In this document: piece by piece, positions 9,633 to 18,186 of the stretch
Numbering within the stretch: position 1 is the first letter of the stretch
Layout of the letters: each line of letters opens with the position of its first letter
Origin: an uncultured virus (IMG/VR IMGVR_UViG_3300022700_000138)
Taxonomy: Duplodnaviria > Heunggongvirae > Uroviricota > Caudoviricetes
Length of the DNA stretch: 64,000 bases
Strand: one strand, 5' to 3'
Virus record (IMG/VR): IMGVR_UViG_3300022700_000138
Position numbers and translations under genes: made by a program
The notes under the pieces: generated by a model
Databases searched by the model: none
Told to the model about the DNA's origin: nothing
What the model saw: the letters and a program-made list of their open reading frames with translations, nothing else

Positions 9633-9881
9633 CTAAATGTCGGAGGGGCGTACAGTTCCCCGGTTATTATCATCACAACGGGTGATTGATTTCCAAAGCA
9701 TTTTGTATACGGCATCTGCTACAGCTTCTGGGGTTTTAGCGTCACAACGACGACCCACTTGCTTGAAGTACTCTTTAATCTTTGAACGAGTAAGAATCTT
9801 CTCTCCTACTTCCTCCCTAAACTCAATGTGGGCCTTCTGCATCTTCTTGACGTCTTTTGTAGATAGTTCTTTCTTTGCCAT
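9633..9881 (-). CDS. Bacterial-type histone-fold protein (Bd0055/HBb-like) with a basic N-terminal extension
   Basis: 82 aa from ATG 9881 (AAGGAG SD). Core ILTRSKIKEYFKQVGRRCDAKTPEAVADAVYKMLWKSITRCDDNNRGTVRPSDI has alpha1-L1-alpha2-L2 spacing and the R-x-T-V-x-x-x-D histone signature. Confidence 0.8.
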   Translation of the reverse strand: MAKKELSTKDVKKMQKAHIEFREEVGEKILTRSKIKEYFKQVGRRCDAKTPEAVADAVYKMLWKSITRCDDNNRGTVRPSDI

Positions 9882-9882
9882 T

Positions 9883-10965
9883 TCAGTCTCTCCTTGTTGT
9901 AGTGGTATTCCGCATGAATACCGTGCAAGTCTCGAAGTCAACGCAACTCCACCCGGATCGGTGGTTGTCCAACCGCTCCAGTGCCTCAGGCATACCAGGG
10001 TGGCACTCTGCATGATTATAATAGAACGCAACCATGCCAGACATAGATTCTAACCTTTTAATAAGCAAGAGCAGCTCTCCCGTATCAATAGCTTCAGGAC
10101 CATACTCAACTGGATCTACCCAAAACAAAGTGCCGGGCGTGTCATATATATCTAATATTTTTTCCCAACTATTATTCTCGTACTGTACTCGAAACAGTCT
10201 ACCATGTATATCTATTAACAAAGGGTCAACAGCGCTTAGTGTATCCATAATGTCCGAAAGCGACCCATCCAATGGACTCGCCGCGACACTCTCCCTAATA
10301 AGCGCGTGCGTCTCACTAGGAACGTTGTTCTTTACAGCATAGAGATATACTTGGCGCACATAGCAATACCATGCGTAAGCCCTAACTACATCATCCACAT
10401 CATTCTTGGCTCTTATATACTTACGCAAATGATCCTGGTCTAGGGGGTCATAAGCCGGGAAAAACCTGCTCATTAGATAGAAGCAAACAAATTTGTCTGG
10501 GTCGCGCAGAACACGCAAAAAATCTATAACAAATGAACCAGCGTCGTTTACTACCTCTACAGCAGAAGGGGCGCGCGCATAAAGCATCGGGGCCCCACCA
10601 CCAAACACCTCAACATAAGTATGACATTCCGGTAAAACACCAACTATCTCAGTAAGCTCATACGGGTCGTTCGCGGACTGTTCGTCTAACTGTATAGTCT
10701 CGAACGCATCAAACCAACTTTTTATAGTGGATTCACGATACGCAGCTATTTTGTAGCCCAAATCTCTGTAAAGACGGAGTACTTCCTTCAATTCAGCTTC
10801 CGACCATTTAAGTCCAAACATACCCGGCCTGTATGTACGAAGTCCTGGAATCTCGTATTGGAACTCCTCAGCAGCACTAAGTAGTATAGTTAGGTAATCT
10901 TGTTCTCTATTACGGACTAAAACAAATACAGTGCGAAGTAAATCTGTAATACTGGAGTAGCCCAT
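9883..10965 (-). CDS. Dam-like (D12 class) DNA adenine methyltransferase homologue, probably inactive
   Basis: YVEVFGGGAPML (SAM motif I), EVVND, DTPGTLFWVD. Catalytic DPPY is replaced by DPVEY and the GGK motif is absent. Confidence 0.75.
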   Translation of the reverse strand: MGYSSITDLLRTVFVLVRNREQDYLTILLSAAEEFQYEIPGLRTYRPGMFGLKWSEAELKEVLRLYRDLGYKIAAYRESTIKSWFDAFETIQLDEQSANDPYELTEIVGVLPECHTYVEVFGGGAPMLYARAPSAVEVVNDAGSFVIDFLRVLRDPDKFVCFYLMSRFFPAYDPLDQDHLRKYIRAKNDVDDVVRAYAWYCYVRQVYLYAVKNNVPSETHALIRESVAASPLDGSLSDIMDTLSAVDPLLIDIHGRLFRVQYENNSWEKILDIYDTPGTLFWVDPVEYGPEAIDTGELLLLIKRLESMSGMVAFYYNHAECHPGMPEALERLDNHRSGWSCVDFETCTVFMRNTTTTRRD

Positions 10966-10966
10966 A

Positions 10967-12304
10967 TCAAAAATCCGAGTCTACAGAAAAATCGTCAGAA
11001 GCCTCATCCCTTGCAGCCTCATCTAAATCTAGATCTTCGTGATCTTCCTTCTTCCCTTTATCCTTCGGCCGCTTACCTTTCTTACGATTTGATCTCTGTT
11101 CCTCCACGTACTCTTCGGCCTCCGTTTCCACCGTAAGCTGAAGATTCACGATTTCCTCTGCAGAAAAATCATAGTCTGCATCATAAAAGTAGGTCTGCTC
11201 TTCACTGGTATCAAAATAGCGTTTGTAAATCTCGTTATCGCGCAACAAATCTGTAAAGCACCGCTCTCTAAACTTCGGACTGTGCGTTAACCGCCTAAAC
11301 AAGTCCCAGTCATATGACTTATCTTTGAGACCGTCTAGAAGTATGGTCCTGCGCCCATTCTTTGTTTTATCTAGTAACCCTGTCTGCTGGAAGAAATAGT
11401 GAGCGTCATAAGCATAATCCAAACCTCTACCTAAAATAAGGCGCATGTCGGTAGTACGGAAAGGGGGAAAACATTTATTCTTTAGAGTAATCCACGATAG
11501 TGGCAACATTCGTATGCGCAACGGGTCCACTAATACACCACCCGGCTTGGATCCCTTCACATATTGGCGCTTAGTTTTAAGCTTGTATGCAGGGTAGTAT
11601 TTTAGTGCATTACCACCTGACTCTTTCTCTGGATTTCCATAAGAACCAATTGCCATCCTCATTTGATTTGAGCCAACAATAGTTCCACCCTTCTTTCTAA
11701 GCTTAGGACTAATTACCCCAAGATAGTGAGAGTGCATACGTGCGTTTGATCCCAGTCGTCCAGAGTCCCCTGTAGCCGGATCATACTCCTCGCTTTGCAT
11801 GGCCGCAAAGCTATCAATCAAGAATAAAATAGAAGGAGGACCCGAATCAATATCTGGCATGCGATCTAGTGTTTTGAATATATGTCTGTAAATCTGCTCA
11901 CCGGTATCCGGTTGCGTATAAAAGAATCCAGGCTGCTTTACAGTTTTCTTATTTTTCCTAAACTTAAGTTCGTATTTTAGGTTGATACCCTGTGTACGCA
12001 TGTAAACAGGATCAGCACCGCATTCAGGATCATAGTACACTACTGGTATCCCTAATAACTGCGCGCTAACGACCAACTGCTGGAGCAAAGTACTCTTACC
12101 GGCGGCCTCTGGACCGAATATCGACGCAATACGTCCGCGGGCGTAACCGCCTCCCAAAATAAGATCCAAGATAAGACTACCCGTAGATACAACATCCTCC
12201 ACACGCCGACCGCGCATCAAATTTACGCAGTCTAAATTTCTTATATCAGAAAAAGCAGAAGCCGCAGCCTCTTGTGGGGATAAAAGTTCAACTCCCTTAG
12301 CCAT
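10967..12304 (-). CDS. recA: RecA/UvsX recombinase with charged C-terminal tail
   Basis: STGSLILDLILGGG, GPEAAGKST, LIDSFAAM, NQMR, GNPEKESGGNALKYY, KNK. Confidence 0.93.
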   Translation of the reverse strand: MAKGVELLSPQEAAASAFSDIRNLDCVNLMRGRRVEDVVSTGSLILDLILGGGYARGRIASIFGPEAAGKSTLLQQLVVSAQLLGIPVVYYDPECGADPVYMRTQGINLKYELKFRKNKKTVKQPGFFYTQPDTGEQIYRHIFKTLDRMPDIDSGPPSILFLIDSFAAMQSEEYDPATGDSGRLGSNARMHSHYLGVISPKLRKKGGTIVGSNQMRMAIGSYGNPEKESGGNALKYYPAYKLKTKRQYVKGSKPGGVLVDPLRIRMLPLSWITLKNKCFPPFRTTDMRLILGRGLDYAYDAHYFFQQTGLLDKTKNGRRTILLDGLKDKSYDWDLFRRLTHSPKFRERCFTDLLRDNEIYKRYFDTSEEQTYFYDADYDFSAEEIVNLQLTVETEAEEYVEEQRSNRKKGKRPKDKGKKEDHEDLDLDEAARDEASDDFSVDSDF

Positions 12305-12309
12305 CGTAC

Positions 12310-12678
12310 CTACCTATGTACACCCAGGAAAGAAAAAAGCATCTCGTACGAGATAGTACCTCTATGCCTGCGCAGCTCGTTACCATCAACATAAATGCGG
12401 AATTGAGGTAGAATCGCCGCAGAAAGTTCCGCTGGAGCAATAGGTTCGTCTTCTATCGACACACGCAGTAGAAGGCGGCTGGGCTTGTAATGTGTCAAAA
12501 AACTGTCTAGGGTAGATTCGAGGGAGTGGCTTGCGGGATCGTTCCCCACAATAATTAGGAAAAAGGTAGATTCCACGTCCCGCAAAACTTGCAAAGTTTC
12601 AAGCGAGACGGGAATCACCTTACCTAAAAAATAGCGCAGATGTAATTCTGGCGCCACTGTTTGCCCGGAGCCCGCCAA
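12310..12678 (-). CDS. Thioredoxin-fold protein lacking CxxC
   Basis: C-terminal half RVSIEDEP...ILPQFRIYVDGNELRRHRG matches the thioredoxin pattern; no cysteines in the ORF. Confidence 0.6.
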   Translation of the reverse strand: MAGSGQTVAPELHLRYFLGKVIPVSLETLQVLRDVESTFFLIIVGNDPASHSLESTLDSFLTHYKPSRLLLRVSIEDEPIAPAELSAAILPQFRIYVDGNELRRHRGTISYEMLFSFLGVHR

Positions 12679-13743
12679 CTACCAATCGTCCCCAAAATCG
12701 GCAGGGGGGTCATCCGAGTTGCTACTATCCCACCCATCACCGTCTGCAGCAGTAGAGCCACCCGAATCGTCAGAGAACGTGTCGCTTGAGTCACTGGAAC
12801 CAAAGTCGTCGAAACTACCTGGCGATTCGTCAGAACTAAAGTCGTCAAAGCCATCTGAAGACGGGCTGCTAGAATCACCGCCCCAATCAGCATTGTCATC
12901 GGGCGTTCTTGAAGAGTCGGCAGAATCAGAACGGGAGGCAGCAGCTCCTGCTGATCCAAACACACCACCAGAGGTGTCGGACCCCTGTGAACGATGCCAT
13001 TCCCTTAATTTCTTGTACATTCCAATACGCTGCAGATCTTTTTCCAGCTCCTTAGGACTCTTGACCTCAATGATAGCCGCAAAGTCGGTAGGAGCCCCCG
13101 TAAATACCTTGTTTTGGTACTTAATCCCAAAAAGCTTCTTTTTCTCACTCCACATGACCGGAACTTTGTCTCCTTTTGTAAAGGAAACTCGGTCTTTGGC
13201 ATCCTTCGCTTTCTTGTTCAGGAACCAGTGAAGTGAAATACCGTTCGCGGGGTCGTCTACGTCTACACCGTTCATTGTCTCAGCAATCTTAATAATGTCA
13301 CCGGCACCATACTTGTTGGTCACGACAACCCCGAAACAACCATCTTGTACGCCTTTCCGTACACGCTCAAGGTCAAAAGCGTCCGTGTAATGACGTAGAG
13401 AAGCGTAAGATCTAATTTCATCGGGAAGCTCACTGTCCGCAAAATCTCGACATACAGGACAAGTGCGATCCCCATCCGGCTTAAACTCACCAGAAATAGA
13501 GTCGAAGTCAGGACAAACAACATAGAACCCCGACTGGCCCCCATCTTTCTTCTTAAACTTCAAGAAGTGCATAGCGATGGTATATTGGCCGCCTACTGGA
13601 CGTATCTCCTTCGGCTTGTTAGGATTCTTAGGGGTCTCCAGGTAGTCGAACTCTTCGTACCACTTATTGCCATAGTCAGCCGAACGGGGAGCATTGGTCC
13701 AGCTCTTCCGTCCACGGTTCAAATAAGAGGGCTTGTCTGCCAT
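12679..13743 (-). CDS. Single-stranded DNA-binding protein (T4 gp32-like) with a long acidic tail
   Basis: H..., CPD..., CPVC metal-site pattern, DPANG, acidic tail ending DFGDDW, strong SD, position next to recA. Confidence 0.75.
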   Translation of the reverse strand: MADKPSYLNRGRKSWTNAPRSADYGNKWYEEFDYLETPKNPNKPKEIRPVGGQYTIAMHFLKFKKKDGGQSGFYVVCPDFDSISGEFKPDGDRTCPVCRDFADSELPDEIRSYASLRHYTDAFDLERVRKGVQDGCFGVVVTNKYGAGDIIKIAETMNGVDVDDPANGISLHWFLNKKAKDAKDRVSFTKGDKVPVMWSEKKKLFGIKYQNKVFTGAPTDFAAIIEVKSPKELEKDLQRIGMYKKLREWHRSQGSDTSGGVFGSAGAAASRSDSADSSRTPDDNADWGGDSSSPSSDGFDDFSSDESPGSFDDFGSSDSSDTFSDDSGGSTAADGDGWDSSNSDDPPADFGDDW

Positions 13744-13778
13744 TCTTCACTACTCCTTTTTCCGGGTCCATGCACAAC

Positions 13779-13790
13779 TGTTTACAGGAT
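13779..13790 (-). promoter_or_regulatory. Candidate phage promoter element ATCCTGTAAACA upstream of ssb
   Basis: Identical 12-mer lies upstream of nrdJ (24175-24186). The CTGTAAA core is 38 nt before the ATG. Confidence 0.55.
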
Positions 13791-13803
13791 ACCAAACCGT
13801 GAT

Positions 13804-15225
13804 CTATACTGCTTCTTCTGGAAGCGCCTCAGAATGGGCCAATCCACTGAGATTCTCAGCAGATTCATTGATTACAGCTTGTATTATTGACTTATATAGT
13901 GTCTGACGCAAAATTTCCTTCAACATCTGCTTTTTTGACAGTCTGTTGTTGGAAATACTATCGATGACCCCGTAGCGCAAACATATTAAATTGCGTTGAT
14001 CTACATCTACATGCTCTAATATTCTGTTGATGAATTCTCTGGTCTCATGTGCGTATTCGTTCTCCTCAAAACTATCATCTAATAATACTTTATCTGCCTG
14101 CGTATCGTCCGAGTAACCCTCCTCCGTTTGGTGGACCAACGATTCAATTGGCACTATCTGAGTGCTCTGCAGCTTACCTAGCACCTGCTTGATCGATTTT
14201 ACTGAAGTCCCTAAATGGTCTGCAATGTCGTTTACAGTATACTTATGTTGCATTTCAGGATCGGATTCAAAATGACGCTCCGCCCTTTTTATAGCCTGCG
14301 CCATCTCAAAAACAGAATTCGGTAGTCTTACAAGAGGACTCTCTACTTTTGCTAGCTTAAAGATACGCTGTTTAATCCACTGATTTGCAAAGGTGGGAAA
14401 AGCCGTCCCGCCATACACGTTATACAGAGAGATAGCACGAGAAAGGCCTAAACTGCCTGCCTGAAATAAATCAAATGCCTCCATTTCCCCCTGAGCTTTC
14501 GCACGTACCGGAATAAGGATTAGTCGAGAGTACGCCTTAAGTATCCGTTCCTGGATCCTTCGTATTTTTCGTAGAAGCTTAGAAACGTCGCGAACTACAC
14601 CGTACAAAATGTTAGGCACCACGCACCCTACGTTTACCTCTATCAGACGTATATCCTCCATCAACTCTGCCATCTCTTGCATGACAGTCGACTCAGCTCT
14701 GGACTCGGAAAATCCAAATTCGCGGCCATCCTGTAATTCTAAAGTAAGAAAAGCCATCCGATCAGATAGTTTTATATAGTCTGCCGCTTCCTTGGAAAAC
14801 GCAATCAACATGTTTTCGTAAAAATTGTTTGCAACTTGTAAATTCCGTATAATTCTTTTCACGTAAGGTACAGCAAATTCGCGCTCTGTTCTGGATAACT
14901 TAAAAAGATCAAGCCCGTTACCAAGTATCCGTAGATTGTCGGCGCCCATCTCTACCGCGGCATCCCCCTCCCCAATGTTGACCCTCTTGCGTACTATCTT
15001 ACCTTTGTAAACTTTGCGATTCTTAATAATCCCGGAAGCAATCTCGGCAAGGAGGTAGCACAGGTTATCTTCCACAAAAGTCGTAGCTTGTAAAAGATGG
15101 TTGATGCCTTCAAATATCAGCTTCTCAATCTGGAGAAACAGCTCGTTTAGCTCCTGCTTTTCAATGACAGGATAAGCTTTCACCTGCTTCGCGAGCTTGT
15201 TGAAAGTTGCCCATGTTTCTGCCAT
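13804..15225 (-). CDS. Sigma70-family RNA polymerase sigma factor (RpoD-like)
   Basis: Region 1.2-like YPVIEKQELNELF; region 2 DLFQAGSLGLSRAISLYN...FPTFANQWIKQRI; VRLP; region 3 HTH VNDIADHLGTSVKSIK; region 4.1 LICLRYG. Confidence 0.9.
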   Translation of the reverse strand: MAETWATFNKLAKQVKAYPVIEKQELNELFLQIEKLIFEGINHLLQATTFVEDNLCYLLAEIASGIIKNRKVYKGKIVRKRVNIGEGDAAVEMGADNLRILGNGLDLFKLSRTEREFAVPYVKRIIRNLQVANNFYENMLIAFSKEAADYIKLSDRMAFLTLELQDGREFGFSESRAESTVMQEMAELMEDIRLIEVNVGCVVPNILYGVVRDVSKLLRKIRRIQERILKAYSRLILIPVRAKAQGEMEAFDLFQAGSLGLSRAISLYNVYGGTAFPTFANQWIKQRIFKLAKVESPLVRLPNSVFEMAQAIKRAERHFESDPEMQHKYTVNDIADHLGTSVKSIKQVLGKLQSTQIVPIESLVHQTEEGYSDDTQADKVLLDDSFEENEYAHETREFINRILEHVDVDQRNLICLRYGVIDSISNNRLSKKQMLKEILRQTLYKSIIQAVINESAENLSGLAHSEALPEEAV

Positions 15226-15311
15226 GGAACTTATACCTTCTGCGCTGGTAGTTACTCTATCATAGGCACTTTACAGTGTTGCGTCGTCCAAGTACGTCTT
15301 CAGACAAGGTA

Positions 15312-15929
15312 ATGGAGAGAAGAGTGGCACCAAAAAGAAAGATAGCCCAACCGCTACAAAGGCTTAAACTTAAAGATCTTTTGCGGGCTACGCCCAGTGA
15401 TATCATATCCAGAGCAGGAACGCAATGCCGAATCATGCGAAAAGAGTACGCATATGGCAGCCGAGACAACTTCAAGCGAGTATATGTAAGAAACCGTACA
15501 TATTACAATGAGTTCCGTGCTTGGGTCATGTGCACCGACGGCAGAAGGAACAGCTACTTGCGCTTCTACGGCCCTCCTGAGAAAGACTCCGAGGTATGGG
15601 TATGGTGTTCTTGTCCCTACTTCACCTTTAATCTCGAGGTAGCACTGGCACGGCGCAACTCTTCCGTCGTACGCAACTCGAACGGAGCACTCCCCAGAGT
15701 GCGTAACCCCGCTATGATCCCCCACTTATGTAAACACCTCGTTCTGATCTCAAACAGCGGTGTGAAAGAGACTCGAGATCTAGCAGCAGAAAAGATGGCA
15801 GAAGAAATGGGAAGGGCTGAAGAGGCGGAAAAGCAAGCTATAGCTCATACACTCAGACCTAAAAAGAAACTGCCTAGAGACAAGTTTGTAAAACCTAGTA
15901 ATCCTAATAAATTCGTGGATCTAAAATAA
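15312..15929 (+). CDS. SWIM-type Zn-finger protein
   Basis: WCSCPYF...LCKHL (CxC...CxH); basic. Start uncertain (GTG 15276 or ATG 15312). Confidence 0.65.
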   Translation: MERRVAPKRKIAQPLQRLKLKDLLRATPSDIISRAGTQCRIMRKEYAYGSRDNFKRVYVRNRTYYNEFRAWVMCTDGRRNSYLRFYGPPEKDSEVWVWCSCPYFTFNLEVALARRNSSVVRNSNGALPRVRNPAMIPHLCKHLVLISNSGVKETRDLAAEKMAEEMGRAEEAEKQAIAHTLRPKKKLPRDKFVKPSNPNKFVDLK

Positions 15930-15930
15930 A

Positions 15931-16278
15931 TCAATCGTCTTCAATAACCGATATTTTATACTCCATCATATTCGCGCCCAACATGGCTCTGAGCAAAGAT
16001 CGTAGAGCTATAATAGTCCTACCTCCCCGCCCAATCACTTTCCCACGATCCGACGGATGCAAATCCAACTCAATAACCATAGATCGAATCGATCGAGTGA
16101 GATAAATCTTTACCTGATCTGGATGATCGACAATATTCAGTACGGTCAACGCCACGAATTCTGGCACATCGAGCGTAGATAGATGGTCGGAGGCATCATT
16201 TACGTACTCTAAACCATTGAACATTTTGTGATTCGGCTGTTGAATAGATTGGTCTGGTTGTTCCCCTATCTCGGTCAT
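15931..16278 (-). CDS. khpA: KhpA/YlqC-like single KH-domain RNA-binding protein
   Basis: IVDHPDQVKI...IELDLHPSDRGKVIGRGGRTIIALRSLL, the KhpA-type GxxG loop. Confidence 0.88.
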   Translation of the reverse strand: MTEIGEQPDQSIQQPNHKMFNGLEYVNDASDHLSTLDVPEFVALTVLNIVDHPDQVKIYLTRSIRSMVIELDLHPSDRGKVIGRGGRTIIALRSLLRAMLGANMMEYKISVIEDD

Positions 16279-16294
16279 GATTTATTCCTCGCTA

Positions 16295-17227
16295 TCAGTT
16301 TTCTTGCAGGTAAGACGCCAACATCATTAGCTCTTGGTCAGATCTGAACTGCTTTTTATCTCCTATCGGTTCAACTTTACTACTAAGTAGGCCGTCAAGC
16401 GCTGGCGAAAAGCAAACAGTCTTCCATGGACAATAACGGGCATACTCGTCTCCAGGCTGCATACAAAGCCCGCGTGGAACCTTCATCTCTTTGAGGCTGC
16501 GCTTGGCCTGATATATACGCCCTACTGTATCTCTATAGACCTGTTCACTAACCTTGACTTTTATAGGAAGCCACAAGCGGTGTGGCTGACCTCGGTCTAC
16601 ATATATAATAATTACCTTCGAGATCTTCCCGACAGAACCATAGGCAGAACGGTTCATATTCACAGCGTTTGCGTAAGCGTTTACCTGTAAGTAATGGGTT
16701 TCCTTAGGCTTGTTCTTCTGCTTTAGATCCCGTATCAAAGAGGCACTTGCCCCTTTGAAGTCGATCAGGTACCATCCGCCCACTGTTTTTATTATACCGT
16801 CGATGTGCCCGCTAAATGGGGTCTCTCGTGAGGGGGTTACGTCATACTCGTGGTAGATCATTTCACGACCGCATTTTTTGCATACCTGTATACCCAATGC
16901 GTGCCGGTTGATCTTCTTGCAATGAACGCAAACCCAGTTACCATACAGCGAGCCCTGTAGTGCAAACCACTTTTGTAGAGCAAGATGCAAAGCCGTGCCC
17001 ATAGAAGCAGTGGCGTCACGGACAAACGACTCCTCATACTTAGGCCGCTTACCCGGCGGGGTACGCCTGAAAATGTGATAAGCCCTAGGGCAGACTGGAA
17101 AGGAAGAAGCCCTTAGCTCCTCTTTCTCCCTACGATCAGAAATAGGACGGCGCCCATTACGAATGTTACCGAACGATCGCTTTAAGTCTGCGGGCAATGT
17201 CTCACCGTTGGGTACGTCGAATATCAT
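16295..17227 (-). CDS. Cas4-like PD-(D/E)XK exonuclease with an extra Zn-ribbon insertion
   Basis: CPR, GTALH, GHIDG, LIDFKG, QVNAY, C-terminal C...CPWKTVC; internal CVHC...CKKC. Confidence 0.85.
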   Translation of the reverse strand: MIFDVPNGETLPADLKRSFGNIRNGRRPISDRREKEELRASSFPVCPRAYHIFRRTPPGKRPKYEESFVRDATASMGTALHLALQKWFALQGSLYGNWVCVHCKKINRHALGIQVCKKCGREMIYHEYDVTPSRETPFSGHIDGIIKTVGGWYLIDFKGASASLIRDLKQKNKPKETHYLQVNAYANAVNMNRSAYGSVGKISKVIIIYVDRGQPHRLWLPIKVKVSEQVYRDTVGRIYQAKRSLKEMKVPRGLCMQPGDEYARYCPWKTVCFSPALDGLLSSKVEPIGDKKQFRSDQELMMLASYLQEN

Positions 17228-17239
17228 ACGAATCCTCCA

Positions 17240-17270
17240 AACTGTAAAGGGTAACCAAGAGTTTACAGTT
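17240..17270. promoter_or_regulatory. Inverted pair AACTGTAAA...TTTACAGTT between the divergent Cas4-like and primase genes
   Basis: Each CTGTAAA copy points toward one gene, 35 and 39 nt upstream of its ATG. Confidence 0.55.
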
Positions 17271-17286
17271 AATAAAGAAGCCAGCT

Positions 17287-18186
17287 ATGGAAGACCGAGC
17301 CACTTTCTTTGCAGAGCAGTTACGACGTGCTGGAGTCCGAGTATTTGGGGAACACAACCAAAGCGATGACTTACAAGCATACTGTTTTCAGGGACATGAC
17401 TCGAAAAGTGCAAGTCTATATGTCCATAAGGCCACAGGGGCGTTTTATTGCCACGGCTGCGGAGTACACGGCAGTAATTGGAACGCTCTACGTGCCTATA
17501 TTGATATTGAACCATTAGACGCACAAGAACTACCGTCAAATCTGCAAGTAATGGCAGCAAAAATAAAGAAGCGAAGAAAGAAAGAGAAGATAACAATGGC
17601 CATTCCATGGGGAACTAAACCTTGGGAGGGTCCGTGGAAAGACGTAAAAGAAAAACTGCTACAAAAAATAGGCGCACTAAAATGGTTTGACCCAGGAAGT
17701 CGCTGCTACCGGATACTGCTTCCTATATACATGTATGGTAAGCTAGAAGGCTGGACTGCACGACGACTGGATGATACGGGCAACGAAAGAGGGGACAAAC
17801 CATACCGAAATGCTCCCAACATGTCGAGCAAAGAACTTTTGTATCCATACGATTTGATTTATCAAAGTAAGTTACGGACCATAGCATTGGTAGAGGGCCC
17901 ATACGATGCGCTGAGACTCGCAAGCCACAAGATACCCGCTTTGGCAATTCTTGGTACAAAAAACTACACAGAAACGAATAAGATCCACCTGCTAAATCTG
18001 GGAGTGCGGCATATTATTGTCACGATGGATGAAGATGGCGGTGGAGAGGCTGCACGGCTGGAGATCGCATTAGATCTAAGGAACTATTTTGAGGTGAGCC
18101 ACTTCAGAGCTAACAAGGGGGCAGACCCTGGAAATATGGAGATGCCGTACGTGAATAAACTGCGTCAACTTACTCGTTCACAGTAG
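17287..18186 (+). CDS. dnaG: DNA primase (Zn-binding plus TOPRIM)
   Basis: CFQGHDSKSASL...FYCHGCG, LVEGPYDAL, AILGT, MDEDGGG, DPG. Confidence 0.9.
   Translation: MEDRATFFAEQLRRAGVRVFGEHNQSDDLQAYCFQGHDSKSASLYVHKATGAFYCHGCGVHGSNWNALRAYIDIEPLDAQELPSNLQVMAAKIKKRRKKEKITMAIPWGTKPWEGPWKDVKEKLLQKIGALKWFDPGSRCYRILLPIYMYGKLEGWTARRLDDTGNERGDKPYRNAPNMSSKELLYPYDLIYQSKLRTIALVEGPYDALRLASHKIPALAILGTKNYTETNKIHLLNLGVRHIIVTMDEDGGGEAARLEIALDLRNYFEVSHFRANKGADPGNMEMPYVNKLRQLTRSQ

Noticed and set aside
9633..10031. 132-aa version of the histone ORF in the track
   Set aside because: It overlaps the Dam-like gene by ~150 nt; ATG 9881 has a strong SD and abuts the upstream stop.
16295..17227. CRISPR-Cas locus suggested by the Cas4-like gene
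   Set aside because: No repeat-spacer array, cas1 or cas2 was seen in the window.
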